A DNA stretch of 63,332 nucleotides, the filler included, from Octopus bimaculoides (lineage: Eukaryota): assembly GCF_001194135.2 (NCBI RefSeq). It is 5 parts of 4 records of this genome, joined end to end, with 100 filler letters (N's around TTAATTAATTAA, not from the genome) between each part and the next. Parts side by side here need not be neighbours in the genome. Positions count along the whole stretch, not along the records: positions 1 to 31,263 come from NC_068981.1; positions 31,364 to 47,419 come from NC_068981.1; 3 more parts are not named here. The stretch is one strand, 5' to 3'. Made by a program: the position numbers and the translations under genes. Below are positions 24,760 through 35,735 of the stretch, piece after piece. The first letter of the stretch is position 1. Each line of letters begins with the position of its first letter. The notes beneath the pieces are model-generated. The model was not told where the DNA came from, searched no databases, and worked only from the letters and a program-made list of their open reading frames with translations.

Positions 24760-25480
24760 TACTTAGGAACCTCACTTGTGCTGGTACCACATGAAAAGCA
24801 TTTAGTGCTCTCTGTAAGTGGTAGCATGTGGCTTAGTAGTTAGAGCATCAGGCTCATAATCATGAGGTTTTGAGTTCAATTCCTGAACCAGGATGCATGT
24901 TGTGTTCTTGAGCAAGACACTTTATTTCACATTGCTCCAGTTCACTCCTCTGTAGAAATGAGTTGTGATATCACTGGTGCCAAGCTGTATCAGCCTTTGC
25001 CTTTCCCTTGGTAGTGTGGAGAGGGGAGGCTGGTATGCATGGGCGACTGTTGGGCTTCCAAAAACAACTTTGTCCAAACTTGTGCCTCAGAGGAGAACTT
25101 TCTAGGTCCCCTACACTGTGTAAGTGGAAGCACATGACTTAGTGGTTAGGGTGTTGGATTTTAAGATTATGGTTTCAATTTATGGACCCAGTGACATATT
25201 GTGTTCTTGAGCAAAACGCTTCATTTCATGTTGCACCAGTCCACTCAGCTGGCAAAAATGAGTAATATATGCATCACGGAAACCAAGAAAACTAGCCCTA
25301 TGGGTCAATATGACTTGGGAAGGATCTTTATCCTTTATCCGTTATCCAAATTGGTTGGTGTTAGGAAGCACATCCATTCATAGAAACCATGCCATAGTAA
25401 ACATTGGAGCTTGGCACAGTTCTCTGGCTCATCAAATTCTATCAAAACATCCAACTGGACATTAAATGATGATGGTGATG
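24760..25480 (+). mobile_element. Family C copy interrupted by two nested tRNA-derived SINEs
   Basis: The host consensus is split at CTGTAAGTG|GTTGGTGTTAGG. Inserts lie at about 24822-25118 and 25128-25345, and TGTAAGTGG is repeated at 24813 and 25119. Confidence 0.7.
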
Positions 25481-25660
25481 ATGGCCATGGTGGTGGTGGT
25501 GGTGGTGGTGGTGAGGGTGGTGAGGGTGGTGGTGATGGTGGTGATGGTGATGGTGATGGTGATGGTGATGATGATGATGATATGGTGGAGGAGGAGGAGG
25601 ACGACGACGACGATGACGATGATGATGATGATGATTCAACCATATTATAATAATAATAAT
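25465..25660. repeat. Compound trinucleotide array (GAT/GGT/GAG/GAC/AAT) grown from a family C tail
   Basis: Immediately follows GGACATTAAATGATGATG. Confidence 0.9.
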
Positions 25661-26933
25661 ATCAATATATGCTCAGACTAATTTGATTCCTAAATTCATC
25701 TGCTCCTTGAAATAATCCATCTGGCTTCACTTCTGACTTTCACAAGTTAAGGCTTAATTCTAATTATATTAACCTTTTATAACTGTCTCTATCATTCATT
25801 CTAGAACAATGTGGATGCTGCCCTTCCTACTCAGGCTGAACTGGTGAAAAGAAAAGAAAACACTTATACTGCATGCCATTTCAACTTTGTTTATTAAAAC
25901 TTTCAAAAGCATCAATACAAATGAAAGTTTATAATTTATTCAAAATGTCACCTTGACAAAATTCCGAAATGAATTTCTATTGAAAGCTTTTTTTTTCCTA
26001 CGTAACTACTTGACATTTTGAATATAGTAACAAAATTAACTTTAATTCCCAAACAATTAAATGTGAAGTCTTTGGGATTTACATCATAAATCTTTACATG
26101 ACATATGTCACAAGAAAGACAGGTAAAAATGCTGTTCAAATGTTTCATTTCATTCACAAACACATGTCCTACATCAACTTTAAAGTAGAGGGATTATGAC
26201 TAACTAACAATGGAAATGTTAACTAATGAGAGACCCTTTCTATCGGCAGTTCCCAATCTGGAGTTCACAAAGGTAGTATTAGGGGTCCATGAGTTGAATT
26301 CAAAATTTGTGGAATAAACAGACCTTACATAAGCCTTGGGCAATGGAGAAATTCATTTAAATAAAAGAAGTTTTTGATAATGAAAAGGATAGGAATCACT
26401 GTTCTACATGATTACTCATCTTACTGGAAAAAACAGTTAAATCTCCTTATTGGTTTAAAAAAAAAAGAATGACCCATTCATTAGTGTAATCCTCAATACA
26501 CTGTATCAAAAATGAAGGCAGGATGGTTTTTACTAAAATAGCTTTATTGGGGGTTGACTCAACAGAAATAAAAACAAGAAACATCACCATAGAGTCACTG
26601 ACTAAGAATATGTTTTTATTGACAATAACTCTTTAGCTAAATGGGTAGCAGATAACTGTTTTACATACAATATTTATTACACAAGTGATACCCTTCAGTA
26701 AGGTCATTCAATCAGTTAGAAATAGAAATGAAATCTCCCTCAAGTCACACTCCACCTTTTCAAAAAAGAAGGGATATGGTAGTCAAAGAAGTTCAAGATA
26801 TACTGTCCAAGAAAAAGACAAGGTTTTCATGGGCCAAACATTTTCCTCATAGATCTGTTTGAACGGGGTTGACCCTACAGTTGATAATAACATAACATCA
26901 TCTAGAACTTTGATGGATGAACTTTAACAATGA

Positions 26934-27036
26934 TATTAGGTTGAGGAAAAAGTTCATGTGCCTAACTTGTGCTGAAGGGTCATGCCATCAATGCTGAACT
27001 TTACTGTGAGCAACTTGATCGAGTCTATGATGCGCT
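26934..27036 (+). mobile_element. Short mariner deletion derivative
   Basis: TATTAGGTTGAGGAAAAAGTTC TIR-like start, followed by HAINAELYCEQLDRVYDAL. Confidence 0.6.
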
Positions 27037-27189
27037 GGTTTTCTCTTGATGCATTTGTACTTCGTCATTCATGCACATTTAAACTGCATATCCAGCAGAA
27101 CATGCTACCTTCATTTTTATTTCCATATTTCTCAAATCCCTTACATTCGAGGCCTATATCACACTACTATGCAGCATCCCAATTTTAAC

Positions 27190-27410
27190 ACAAGTGTGAA
27201 TGCCCTTCATTCACAGTGGTAGAAGCTTCCTGAACTTTTTCCCACTTGTTCTAACCCTAGCTGTTATACCTTCAGAGCAACCACTTCCCTTACTAATTAC
27301 ATCTCCTCGGTAACAAAACCTGGCAACTGCTTCTAGTGAGCCATCTGGACATTTAAGAGAATCTATTTCTGGTGCACTCAGCGTATGAACTGCTCCAGTG
27401 CATCAGTCAC
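27190..27410 (-). mobile_element. RTE (BovB-like) RT C-terminal relic
   Basis: SLEAVARFCYRGDVISKGSGCSEGITARVRTSGKKFRKLLPL. Confidence 0.7.
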
Positions 27411-27643
27411 TAATGAAGGTTATATAATATTTATTTAAAGCTATGCATGAGTAGTTACACAGAGTTTTGAATATAGCTCTTATCTTTTAACTTTTACTTG
27501 TTTCAGTCATTGGGCTGTGGCCAAGCTGGGGCACCACCTTGTATACATCTGAATATATTTATGCATTTGACTGCAGTTCACACTGGTGGGAAACCAACAT
27601 ACGAGGGGAAGTCAAAAATTTTCCACACTTTCGCCATAACATA

Positions 27644-28099
27644 TACTCTTTTACTCTTTTACTTGTTTCAGTCAGTTGACGTGGCCATGCTGAAGCACCA
27701 CCTTTAGTCGAGCAAATCGACCCTAGGACTTATTTTTTGTAAGCCTAATACTTATTCTATCGGTCTCTTTTTGCCGAACCGCTAAGTTACGGGGACCTAA
27801 ACACACCTGCATCGGTTGTCAAGTGATGTTGGGGGGACAAACACAGACACACAAACATACACACACACACACACACACACACATATANNNNNNNNNNNNN
27901 NNNNNNNNNNNNNNNNNNNNNNNNNNNNNNNNNNNNNNNNNNNNNNNNNNNNNNNNNNNNNNNNNNNNNNNNNNNNNNNNNNNNNNNNNNNNNNNNNNNN
28001 NNNNNNNNNNNNNNNNNNNNNNNNNNNNNNNNNNNNNNNNNNNNNNNNNNNNNNNNNNNNNNNNNNNNNNNNNNNNNNNNNNNNNNNNNNNNNNNNNNN

Positions 28100-28141
<42 letters not shown>

Positions 28142-28303
28142 GACAAGCTTTTTTTAGTTTCCGTCTACCAAATCCACTCACAAGGCTTTGGTCGGCTTGA
28201 GGCTATAGTAGAAGACACTTGCCCAAGGTGCCACGCAGTGGGACTGAACCCGGAACCATGTGGTTGGTAAGCAAGCTACTTACCACACACCCACTCCTAC
28301 GCC
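27644..28303 (-). mobile_element. Family A SINE whose expanded internal microsatellite is an assembly gap
   Basis: Both halves flank (AC)n-N-(AT)n. Confidence 0.85.
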
Positions 28304-28428
28304 TATATCTTTATTATTGTCACACTGCCTTCTACACATGCATTTTTATATAACTGGTACTGGTGTTGTCACATGATCGAAGTTTGAGCCTGATCAAGCA
28401 TTTTTCTTTCTGGCTTTAAAGTGTAAGC

Positions 28429-28672
28429 ATGGCTGCTCCACTAGCAACGTGCACCAAAGAAGAATAAAGAGTAGTGATCCAATTTCTCTGGTCAGAAGGT
28501 GTGTCAGGAGCTGAAATTCATCGAAAGCTTTCAGCACAATACGTGGACAGTGCACTACTGCGGAGAAGTGTGTATGAGTGGATTGAGAAGTTTAAAAGTG
28601 GCCAGATAAGCATGGTGCATAAAGTGAGAGCAGGATGCCCATCAACCTCCAACAATGATAAGAATATTCGCC
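28429..28672 (+). mobile_element. Mariner transposase N-terminal HTH relic
   Basis: MAAPLATCTKEE*RVVIQFLWSEGVSGAEIHRKLSAQY...SVYEWIEKFKSG...RAGCPSTS. Confidence 0.85.
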
Positions 28673-29235
28673 ATTACCACCTCTCAGGTCATTGTTCTTT
28701 GTTCTCCTTTGGTGCACATTACTAGTGGAGCNNNNNNNNNNATTATATACAGACATGTACAGACATGTGAATATATGAACATATATCATATATGCATATA
28801 TGAACATATGTATATATGTGTGCATGTATATACACACACATATGCAAATATATATGCAAATACTTAGACATGTATGCACGTATGCATAAATATACACACA
28901 CATACACGCAAATATATACACACATACCTAGACTATATGTGCATATTCATATATATATGTATATATGTATGTATGAAATATTCACATACTTTTACATGCA
29001 CACACACAAGCGTGTGTGCATGTGTGTTTGTGTGGTGGGGTGTATGAGAGTATTTATATGCAGGTGTGTGTGAGTGTTGGTCGGGGTTACTCAAGTCAGT
29101 AATATTTTGACATACAGGGAGTGGAACACATTGAAATCTGGAAATATGTATATATAAAGAACTGAATTCATTAACTTAATTATAAGTATATTTATGTAAA
29201 TGACAGGAAACATACCAATGTATTAAACATTAACT

Positions 29236-29267
<32 letters not shown>

Positions 29268-29454
29268 TTTTCGTGTTTCTGAGTGTATATGTAAATATCT
29301 ATATATATGTAAATGTATATAAATATAAGCGCAGACCAATATATATATATATATATATATACATATATATTTGTGTTTCTGAAGGTATACATAAATATAT
29401 AGATATGTAAATGTACATAACTATGAGCTCAGGCCGATTTAAGAATTAACAGCA

Positions 29455-30330
29455 TTGTCTGACTGGTACCCTTGCCAGTGGAACGTTAAAAGCAGCATCC
29501 AAGTGTGATCGTAGGCAGGGCTGCTGACTGGCTCCCATGCCGGTGGCACATAAAAAGCACCATTCGAGCATGATCGTTACCAGCGTCACCTTACTGGCAC
29601 TTGTGCCGGTANNNNNNNNNNNNNNNNNNNNNNNNNNNNNNNNNNNNNNNNNNNNNNNNNNNNNNNNNNNNNNNNNNNNNNNNNNNNNNNNNNNNNNNNN
29701 NNNNNNNNNNNNNNNNNNNNNNNNNNNNNNNNNNNNNNNNNNNNNNNNNNNNNNNNNNNNNNNNNNNNNNNNNNNNNNNNNNNNNNNNNNNNNNNNNNNN
29801 NNNNNNGCAGGGCTGCTGACTGGCTCCCATGCCGGTGGCACATAAAAAGCACCATTCGAGCATGATCGTTACCAGCGTCACCTTACTGGCACTTGTGCCG
29901 GTAGCATGTGAAAAACAACATTCAAGCGAGGTCACTGTCAGTGCCGCTGGACTGGTTCCTGTGCAAATGGCACATAAAAAACATCATTTGAGCATGGCCA
30001 TCAACAGTACCACCTGACTGGCCATTGTGCCAGTGGCACGTAAAAGCACCCACTACACTCTTCGAGTGGTTGGTATTAGGAAGGGCATCCAGCTGTAGAA
30101 ACTCTGTCAAATCAGATTGGAGCCTTGTGTTTTTACGTGCCACAGGAGTCAGTCCAGTGGCGCTGGCAACAACCTCGCTTGAATGTTTTGTTCACATGCC
30201 ACTGGCACAAGTGACAGTAAGGTGACGCTGGTAACGATCACGCTCAAATGGTGCATTTTACGTGCCACCAGCACAGAAGCTAGACCACTACTCTGGCAGT
30301 GTTAGCACTCCACTGGCACAGGTGCCAGTC
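29455..30330 (+). mobile_element. Family C copy with a long ~65-bp tandem array spanning a gap
   Basis: Repeated GACTGGCTCCCATGCCGGTGGCACATAAAAAGCACCATTCGAGC units, then GTGGTTGGTATTAGGAAGGGCATCCAG. Confidence 0.8.
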
Positions 30331-31076
30331 ATTGAATTTGGTTTAGTTGTTATTCTTTATTAAACCTTTTAAAAAATTTAAATTTAAAAATGTGGCGGGA
30401 ACTTAGTTGCCAACCCAATATAAGAGATTTAGGTGTGTCTGGGGTGGGGTTGAGGTTTGTTAATAAGTGTGGGAGTGAAGCAGTGTTGATGAACAAGAGC
30501 TGAAAGAAAACAGTGAGAAAAAGACGGAGAAAAAGACAACAAGAAAAAGCATGAGGACATAGCACATGTAAAGTATTAATAAAATGCTCAGAGAAGGAAA
30601 AAGAGTGGTTGTTTTACGTTTCAAGCATAGCTCTTCTTCGGAAACAGGAAAGATAGGAAAGTTCAAAGGAAAAGGAAGAAGGACGGAAAAAAATCAATAG
30701 TCCACATGTAGTTATATTTTTGAAATGATCGGAAGTAGAAGGACAAAGAGCAAATGCTTTCTGGGACAGGAGAGTGTGAAGAATGGTTGGTATCTGTGTG
30801 TGTGCAGTGGTATGTGTGTGTTTGTGAGTGCAATAGCATGTGTGTGTGTATTGGTAGTGTGTGTGTGTAATGTCATGGTGAGAAATCAGCAGCTATAGTG
30901 ACAGATGTGTATGGGTTGGTATGGCAGTGTGTCTGTGTGTATGTGTGTTTTAGCATGTGTGCAGAGATGGAATGGTCAATAGTGAGTTGGGGCAGTCTGA
31001 AGGGTGTGTGAATGGATGGACATGAATGTGCATTCATGTGCGAGTGTGTGTGGGTGTGCGTGAATGGGAAGGTATG

Positions 31077-31263
31077 GTTCATCATCATCATCATCATCGT
31101 TTAACGTCCGCTTTCCATGCTAGCATGGGTTGGACGATTTGACTGAGGACTGGTGAAACCGGATGGCAACACCAGGCTCCAGTCTGATTTGGCAGAGTTT
31201 CTACAGCTGGATGCCCTTCCTAACGCCAACCACTCAGAGAGTGTAGTGGGTGCTTTTACGTGT
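31077..31263 (-). mobile_element. Family C tail, nearly identical to 48630-48790
   Basis: (ATC)n-GTTTAACGTCCGCTTTCCATGCTAGCATGGG...GATGCCCTTCCTAACGCCAACC. Confidence 0.85.
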
Positions 31264-31398
31264 NNNNNNNNNNNNNNNNNNNNNNNNNNNNNNNNNNNNN
31301 NNNNNNNTTAATTAATTAANNNNNNNNNNNNNNNNNNNNNNNNNNNNNNNNNNNNNNNNNNNNTATATATATACACACATACAAAACATTACCCACAC

Positions 31399-31467
<69 letters not shown>

Positions 31468-31954
31468 CATACACATAAGTATATATACACATATACATAC
31501 ATACACACATACATATACATACACATACCCATATACATATATACACACACATACACACATACATACACATATATACACACATTTTTCCACGTATACCTAT
31601 GCATATGTATATACACTTGCACATGTATATGAACAGATGTACGAATAAGAAAATAGAGCAATAGCAAAACTAAAAATACTAAAACCCAGACTTTAATACC
31701 CGATCATAACAAAGTTCTGCTATAGGAGAAATAAACATACATATATACATATATAAATATATATATATGCAATCATCATATTTACAATACTACCAAAACA
31801 TCATCAGGTTCTTTTTCGAAATATTGTTAATATAATTTTACTTCACCTTAGAATTCAGTGTAAGATTAAACATTAAATTAAACATTAAAAATTTAAAATT
31901 ATACTTTATACATTTAAGAATTAAAAATTAGAAATTAGAAATTATACAGTATAA

Positions 31955-32145
31955 AGAGGAATTAGTATGCATATATCATTTACATTATTTACTATTGACG
32001 GCTATTTGTCCTCATCTTGTTTGTTGTTAACACAACGTTTCGGCTGATATACTCTCCAGCCTTCATCAGGTGTCTTAGGGAAATTTCGAACCTGGGTTCT
32101 CATTCCTAATGTATTTTTCGATGTTGTTGTTGTTGCTATTATTAA

Positions 32146-32177
<32 letters not shown>

Positions 32178-32240
32178 TGGTCACTGCCTGGAATCGAACT
32201 CAGAATCTTGAGGATAGTAGCCCGCGCTCTTAACCACTAC
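31955..32240 (-). mobile_element. Element H copy 2; its head runs into an assembly gap
   Basis: Same order of tRNA-like head (GTAGTGGTTAAGAGCGCGGGCTACTA...GAGTTCGATTCC), (AAT)n and tail as copy 1. Confidence 0.75.
32029..32074 (-). ncRNA. Minimal type I hammerhead motif (copy 2)
   Basis: Identical to copy 1 except for one change in loop II (GAGAGTATAT). Confidence 0.75.
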
Positions 32241-32457
32241 NNNNNNNNNNNNNNNNNNNNNNNNNNNNNNNNNNNNNNNNNNNNNNNNNNNNNNNNNNNN
32301 NNNNNNNNNNNNNNNNNNNNNNNNNNNNNNNNNNNNNNNNNNNNNNNNNNNNNNNNNNNNNNNNNNNNNNNNNNNNNNNNNNNNNNNNNNNNNNNNNNNN
32401 NNNNNNNNNNNNNNNNNNNNNNNNNNNNNNNNNNNNNNNNNNNNNNNNNNNNNNNNN

Positions 32458-32529
32458 TGTTGTCTCTTGAGGTCTCTGGGTGAGACTTGGATCCAACTTG
32501 TACAAATGCAAAACAAAAGTCAAACATAA

Positions 32530-32530
<1 letters not shown>
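32458..32530 (+). mobile_element. Probable 3' end of an R4/Dong-type LINE ending in (AAT)n
   Basis: GAGGTCTCTGGGTGAGACTTGG...CAAAAGTCAAACATAAAATAATAAT. Resembles R4/Dong 3' UTRs that end in TAA repeats (from recollection, not aligned). Confidence 0.4.
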
Positions 32531-32591
<61 letters not shown>

Positions 32592-32760
32592 TGATGTTGA
32601 TGATAATAATAATAACAACAACATCAAAAAATGCCTTAGGAAAGAGAACCCAGGTTCGAAATTTCCCCAAGACACCTGATGAAGGTTGGAGGGTATATCA
32701 GCCGAAACGTTGTGTTAACAACAAACAAGATGAGGACAAACATCCATCAAATGTAAATAA
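32530..32760 (+). mobile_element. Element H copy 3: (AAT)n plus tail, no head visible
   Basis: Reverse complement of the copy 2 tail, preceded by a long (AAT)n tract. Confidence 0.7.
32671..32716 (+). ncRNA. Minimal type I hammerhead motif (copy 3)
   Basis: GACAC-CTGATGA-A-GGTTG(GAGGGTATAT)CAGCC-GAAACGTT-GTGTT. The single stem II change gives a U-G wobble pair. Confidence 0.75.
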
Positions 32761-35417
32761 TGCAAATAATTTATATAATAAAAATATCTTTTAACTCCTC
32801 GTTATTTTATCATGGCTACCCATTACTCTTCCTTATACATCATCTCGTCCTCATTTTTCTTTTATTTATTAAATCAATCAGTTTTCACTCGATATATCCT
32901 CCATCATTTTTACTGAGCCATATTTACTTATAGACACTATAAACCTATCCTATATTTTCTATTGGTATCATATCCTATTACATATTTTCTTCATCATTAT
33001 TGTTCCTCTCCCTATGAAATAGAGTGGTCAGTTTCTCTCACTGTCTAGCTATTTATCCCCTTTCGCTATCCATATCTCTATCACTTTCCCGTTTTCACTC
33101 CCTCTAGTTTTCTCCATCTCTCTTTCCATTTCCTTTACAACATATATTTTTTCATTTCCTTTACTACTGATATTACTTTACTTTCAATCGCCCCACTCTT
33201 CTATGATTTCCTTAATTTATTTAACCCCACCTTTATTGTACCTACTGCGTCAATATAATTTCTAAGGAAGAAAAACATTCTATTTCGTTCAATTTATCCA
33301 TCATTCATATTTGCCAATAATTGATGGAAACTATACAAAAAAAATCTTTATTTTTTTATTTTATTAATTATTTGTATATTTATGCTTAAGGCTACTAATT
33401 TTCAGAATCTTGTGTGATTATGTTTTCCCCCTCTGCACATTCTAAATCTGTTTACGCATAAATATTTTTGAAGTTTATATGTCTCGTCATTTAAAGAATG
33501 GAATATAGAATATAAAAAATAATTGTGCTGTGAAGAAAGATTAGCTTCGAAATCAGTGAAACTGGAGAGAGAAAGTAAGAATATAAACAATGTAAACTCA
33601 AGTAAACAAATTTCATACTGTTTTTGGTTTTTATTTTCTTTTTTTAGACTTCAAGACTATTTCTACTGCAACAAAAATATTGACGATAGTTGTGAGGTGA
33701 GGGTGAATGCTGCAGTGAGTATAATAATCAAGTAGTAAGGGAGAAGCTTAGGAAGATATCAATAGAATGAGGTATATGTAAAGGAGGCAGATTAATTCCT
33801 TTCTTCAGCGCTGAAAATAAATCTAAGTATCAGCCAAGACTCCAGGCAAAAGAAACTTTGTAAATTTTAGGAGATAGATTCAATAAACTCTATGTTTCTG
33901 ACCTTTCATTTGTATAGCAATGTGAATACTATACTGTTAACTATTACACGTCTGTTAAAAGCTACATTCTTATTTGTGTATCACTGAAAGGCTGAATGCC
34001 AATGTACATGTTATTAGGCGCTGTAAATTATTGTTCGTCTTTTGTGTGTTCGTGTTACGAAGCGGTACGGTCAACCAGATTCAATGTCTCCATTGAAATA
34101 ATGTGTGAGAGGGGTTACCATTGTGCTTTAACATACTCTGTGTTCCAGTGTTAGATGGTGTCTAAATAGAAAAATGAAAGCTTATATAAAACGTAGGAAA
34201 CCTGCTTACAAAATCACGAAAATAGATTCATCTAAATTTTGTGAAACAGAATAATTGATACTGTTGTCATTCAACCCTATTGATATTGGCAAATTGAAGC
34301 AAATCAGCTTACTCAACTTACGATCTGTGATCGAATTAGAGCGTCCTCTAATATATGTGAGATTTTCCGAGAATCTAAGTCCGACAAGAAAATTCTGACA
34401 AAAAGATAACTTAATATATGTGTAGTTTCCTTTGTCATAAGACAGGTCTCCCCGATTTTATATATATGTGTGTGTTCTTCGTTTTTGGGGGTGGGATTTA
34501 CCATATATATATATATATATATANNNNNNNNNNNNNNNNNNNNNNNNNNNNNNNNNNNNNNNNNNNNNNNNNNNNNNNNNNNNNNNNNNNNNNNNNNNNN
34601 NNNNNNNNNNNNNNNNNNNNNNNNNNNNNNNNNNNNNNNNNNNNNNNNNNNNNNNNNNNNNNNNNNNNNNNNNNNNNNNNNNNNNNNNNNNNNNNNNNNN
34701 NNNNNNNNNNNNNNNNNNNNNNNNNNNNNNNNNNNNNNNNNNNNNNNNNNNNNNNNNNNNNNNNNNNNNNNNNNNNNNNNNNNNNNNNNNNNNNNNNNNN
34801 NNNNNNNNNNNNNNNNNNNNNNNNNNNNNNNNNNNNNNNNNNNNNNNNNNNNNNNNNNNNNNNNNNNNNNNNNNNNNNNNNNNNNNNNNNNNNNNNNNNN
34901 NNNNNNNNNNNNNNNNNNNNNNNNNNNNNNNNNNNNNNNNNNNNNNNNNNNNNNNNNNNNNNNNNNNNNNNNNNNNNNNNNNNNNNNNNNNNNNNNNNNN
35001 NNNNNNNNNNNNNNNNNNNNNNNNNNNNNNNNNNNNNNNNNNNNNNNNNNNNNNNNNNNNNNNNNNNNNNNNNNNNNNNNNNNNNNNNNNNNNNNNNNNN
35101 NNNNNNNNNNNNNNNNNNNNNNNNNNNNNNNNNNNNNNNNNNNNNNNNNNNNNNNNNNNNNNNNNNNNNNNNNNNNNNNNNNNNNNNNNNNNNNNNNNNN
35201 NNNNNNNNNNNNNNNNNNNNNNNNNNNNNNNNNNNNNNNNNNNNNNNNNNNNNNNNNNNNNNNNNNNNNNNNNNNNNNNNNNNNNNNNNNNNNNNNNNNN
35301 NNNNNNNNNNNNNNNNNNNNNNNNNNNNNNNNNNNNNNNNNNNNNNNNNNNNNNNNNNNNNNNNNNNNNNNNNNNNNNNNNNNNNNNNNNNNNNNNNNNN
35401 ATATATATATAACCCGC

Positions 35418-35735
35418 CGTGAAGGCGCGTGGCTTAGTGGCATTCGGCTCACGATCGTACGGTCGTGAGATCAATTCCCGGCGACGCGTTGTGTCCTTGA
35501 ACAAGACACTTTATTTCACGTTGCTTCAGACCAGGCAGCTGGCAAAAATGAGTAGTACCTGTATTCCAAAGAGCTAGCCTTGTTACATTCTGTGTTACGC
35601 TGAATCTCCCTGGCAACTACGTTAAGGGTACACATTTCTTGTGGAATGCTCAGCCACTTGCACGTGAATTTCACGAGCAAGATGTTCCGTTGATCGTATC
35701 AGCTGGGATCCTCGTCGTTGTAATCCACGGAGAGC
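35418..35735 (+). mobile_element. tRNA-derived SINE (head B plus tail 1)
   Basis: GAAGGCGCGTGGCTTAGTGG head, GTGTCCTTGAACAAGACACTT central domain, then the family D tail 1 (CAGCCACTTGCACGT.AATTTCACGAGCA). Confidence 0.75.

Noticed and set aside
29515-29903. Exact ~97-bp duplication on both sides of a gap
   Set aside because: Probably an unmerged contig overlap within the tandem array.
31307-31319. TTAATTAATTAA islands inside N runs (also about 47464, 58736 and 61060)
   Set aside because: An identical palindromic six-frame-stop string centred in gaps of similar size. It is an assembly or scaffolding linker, not biology.
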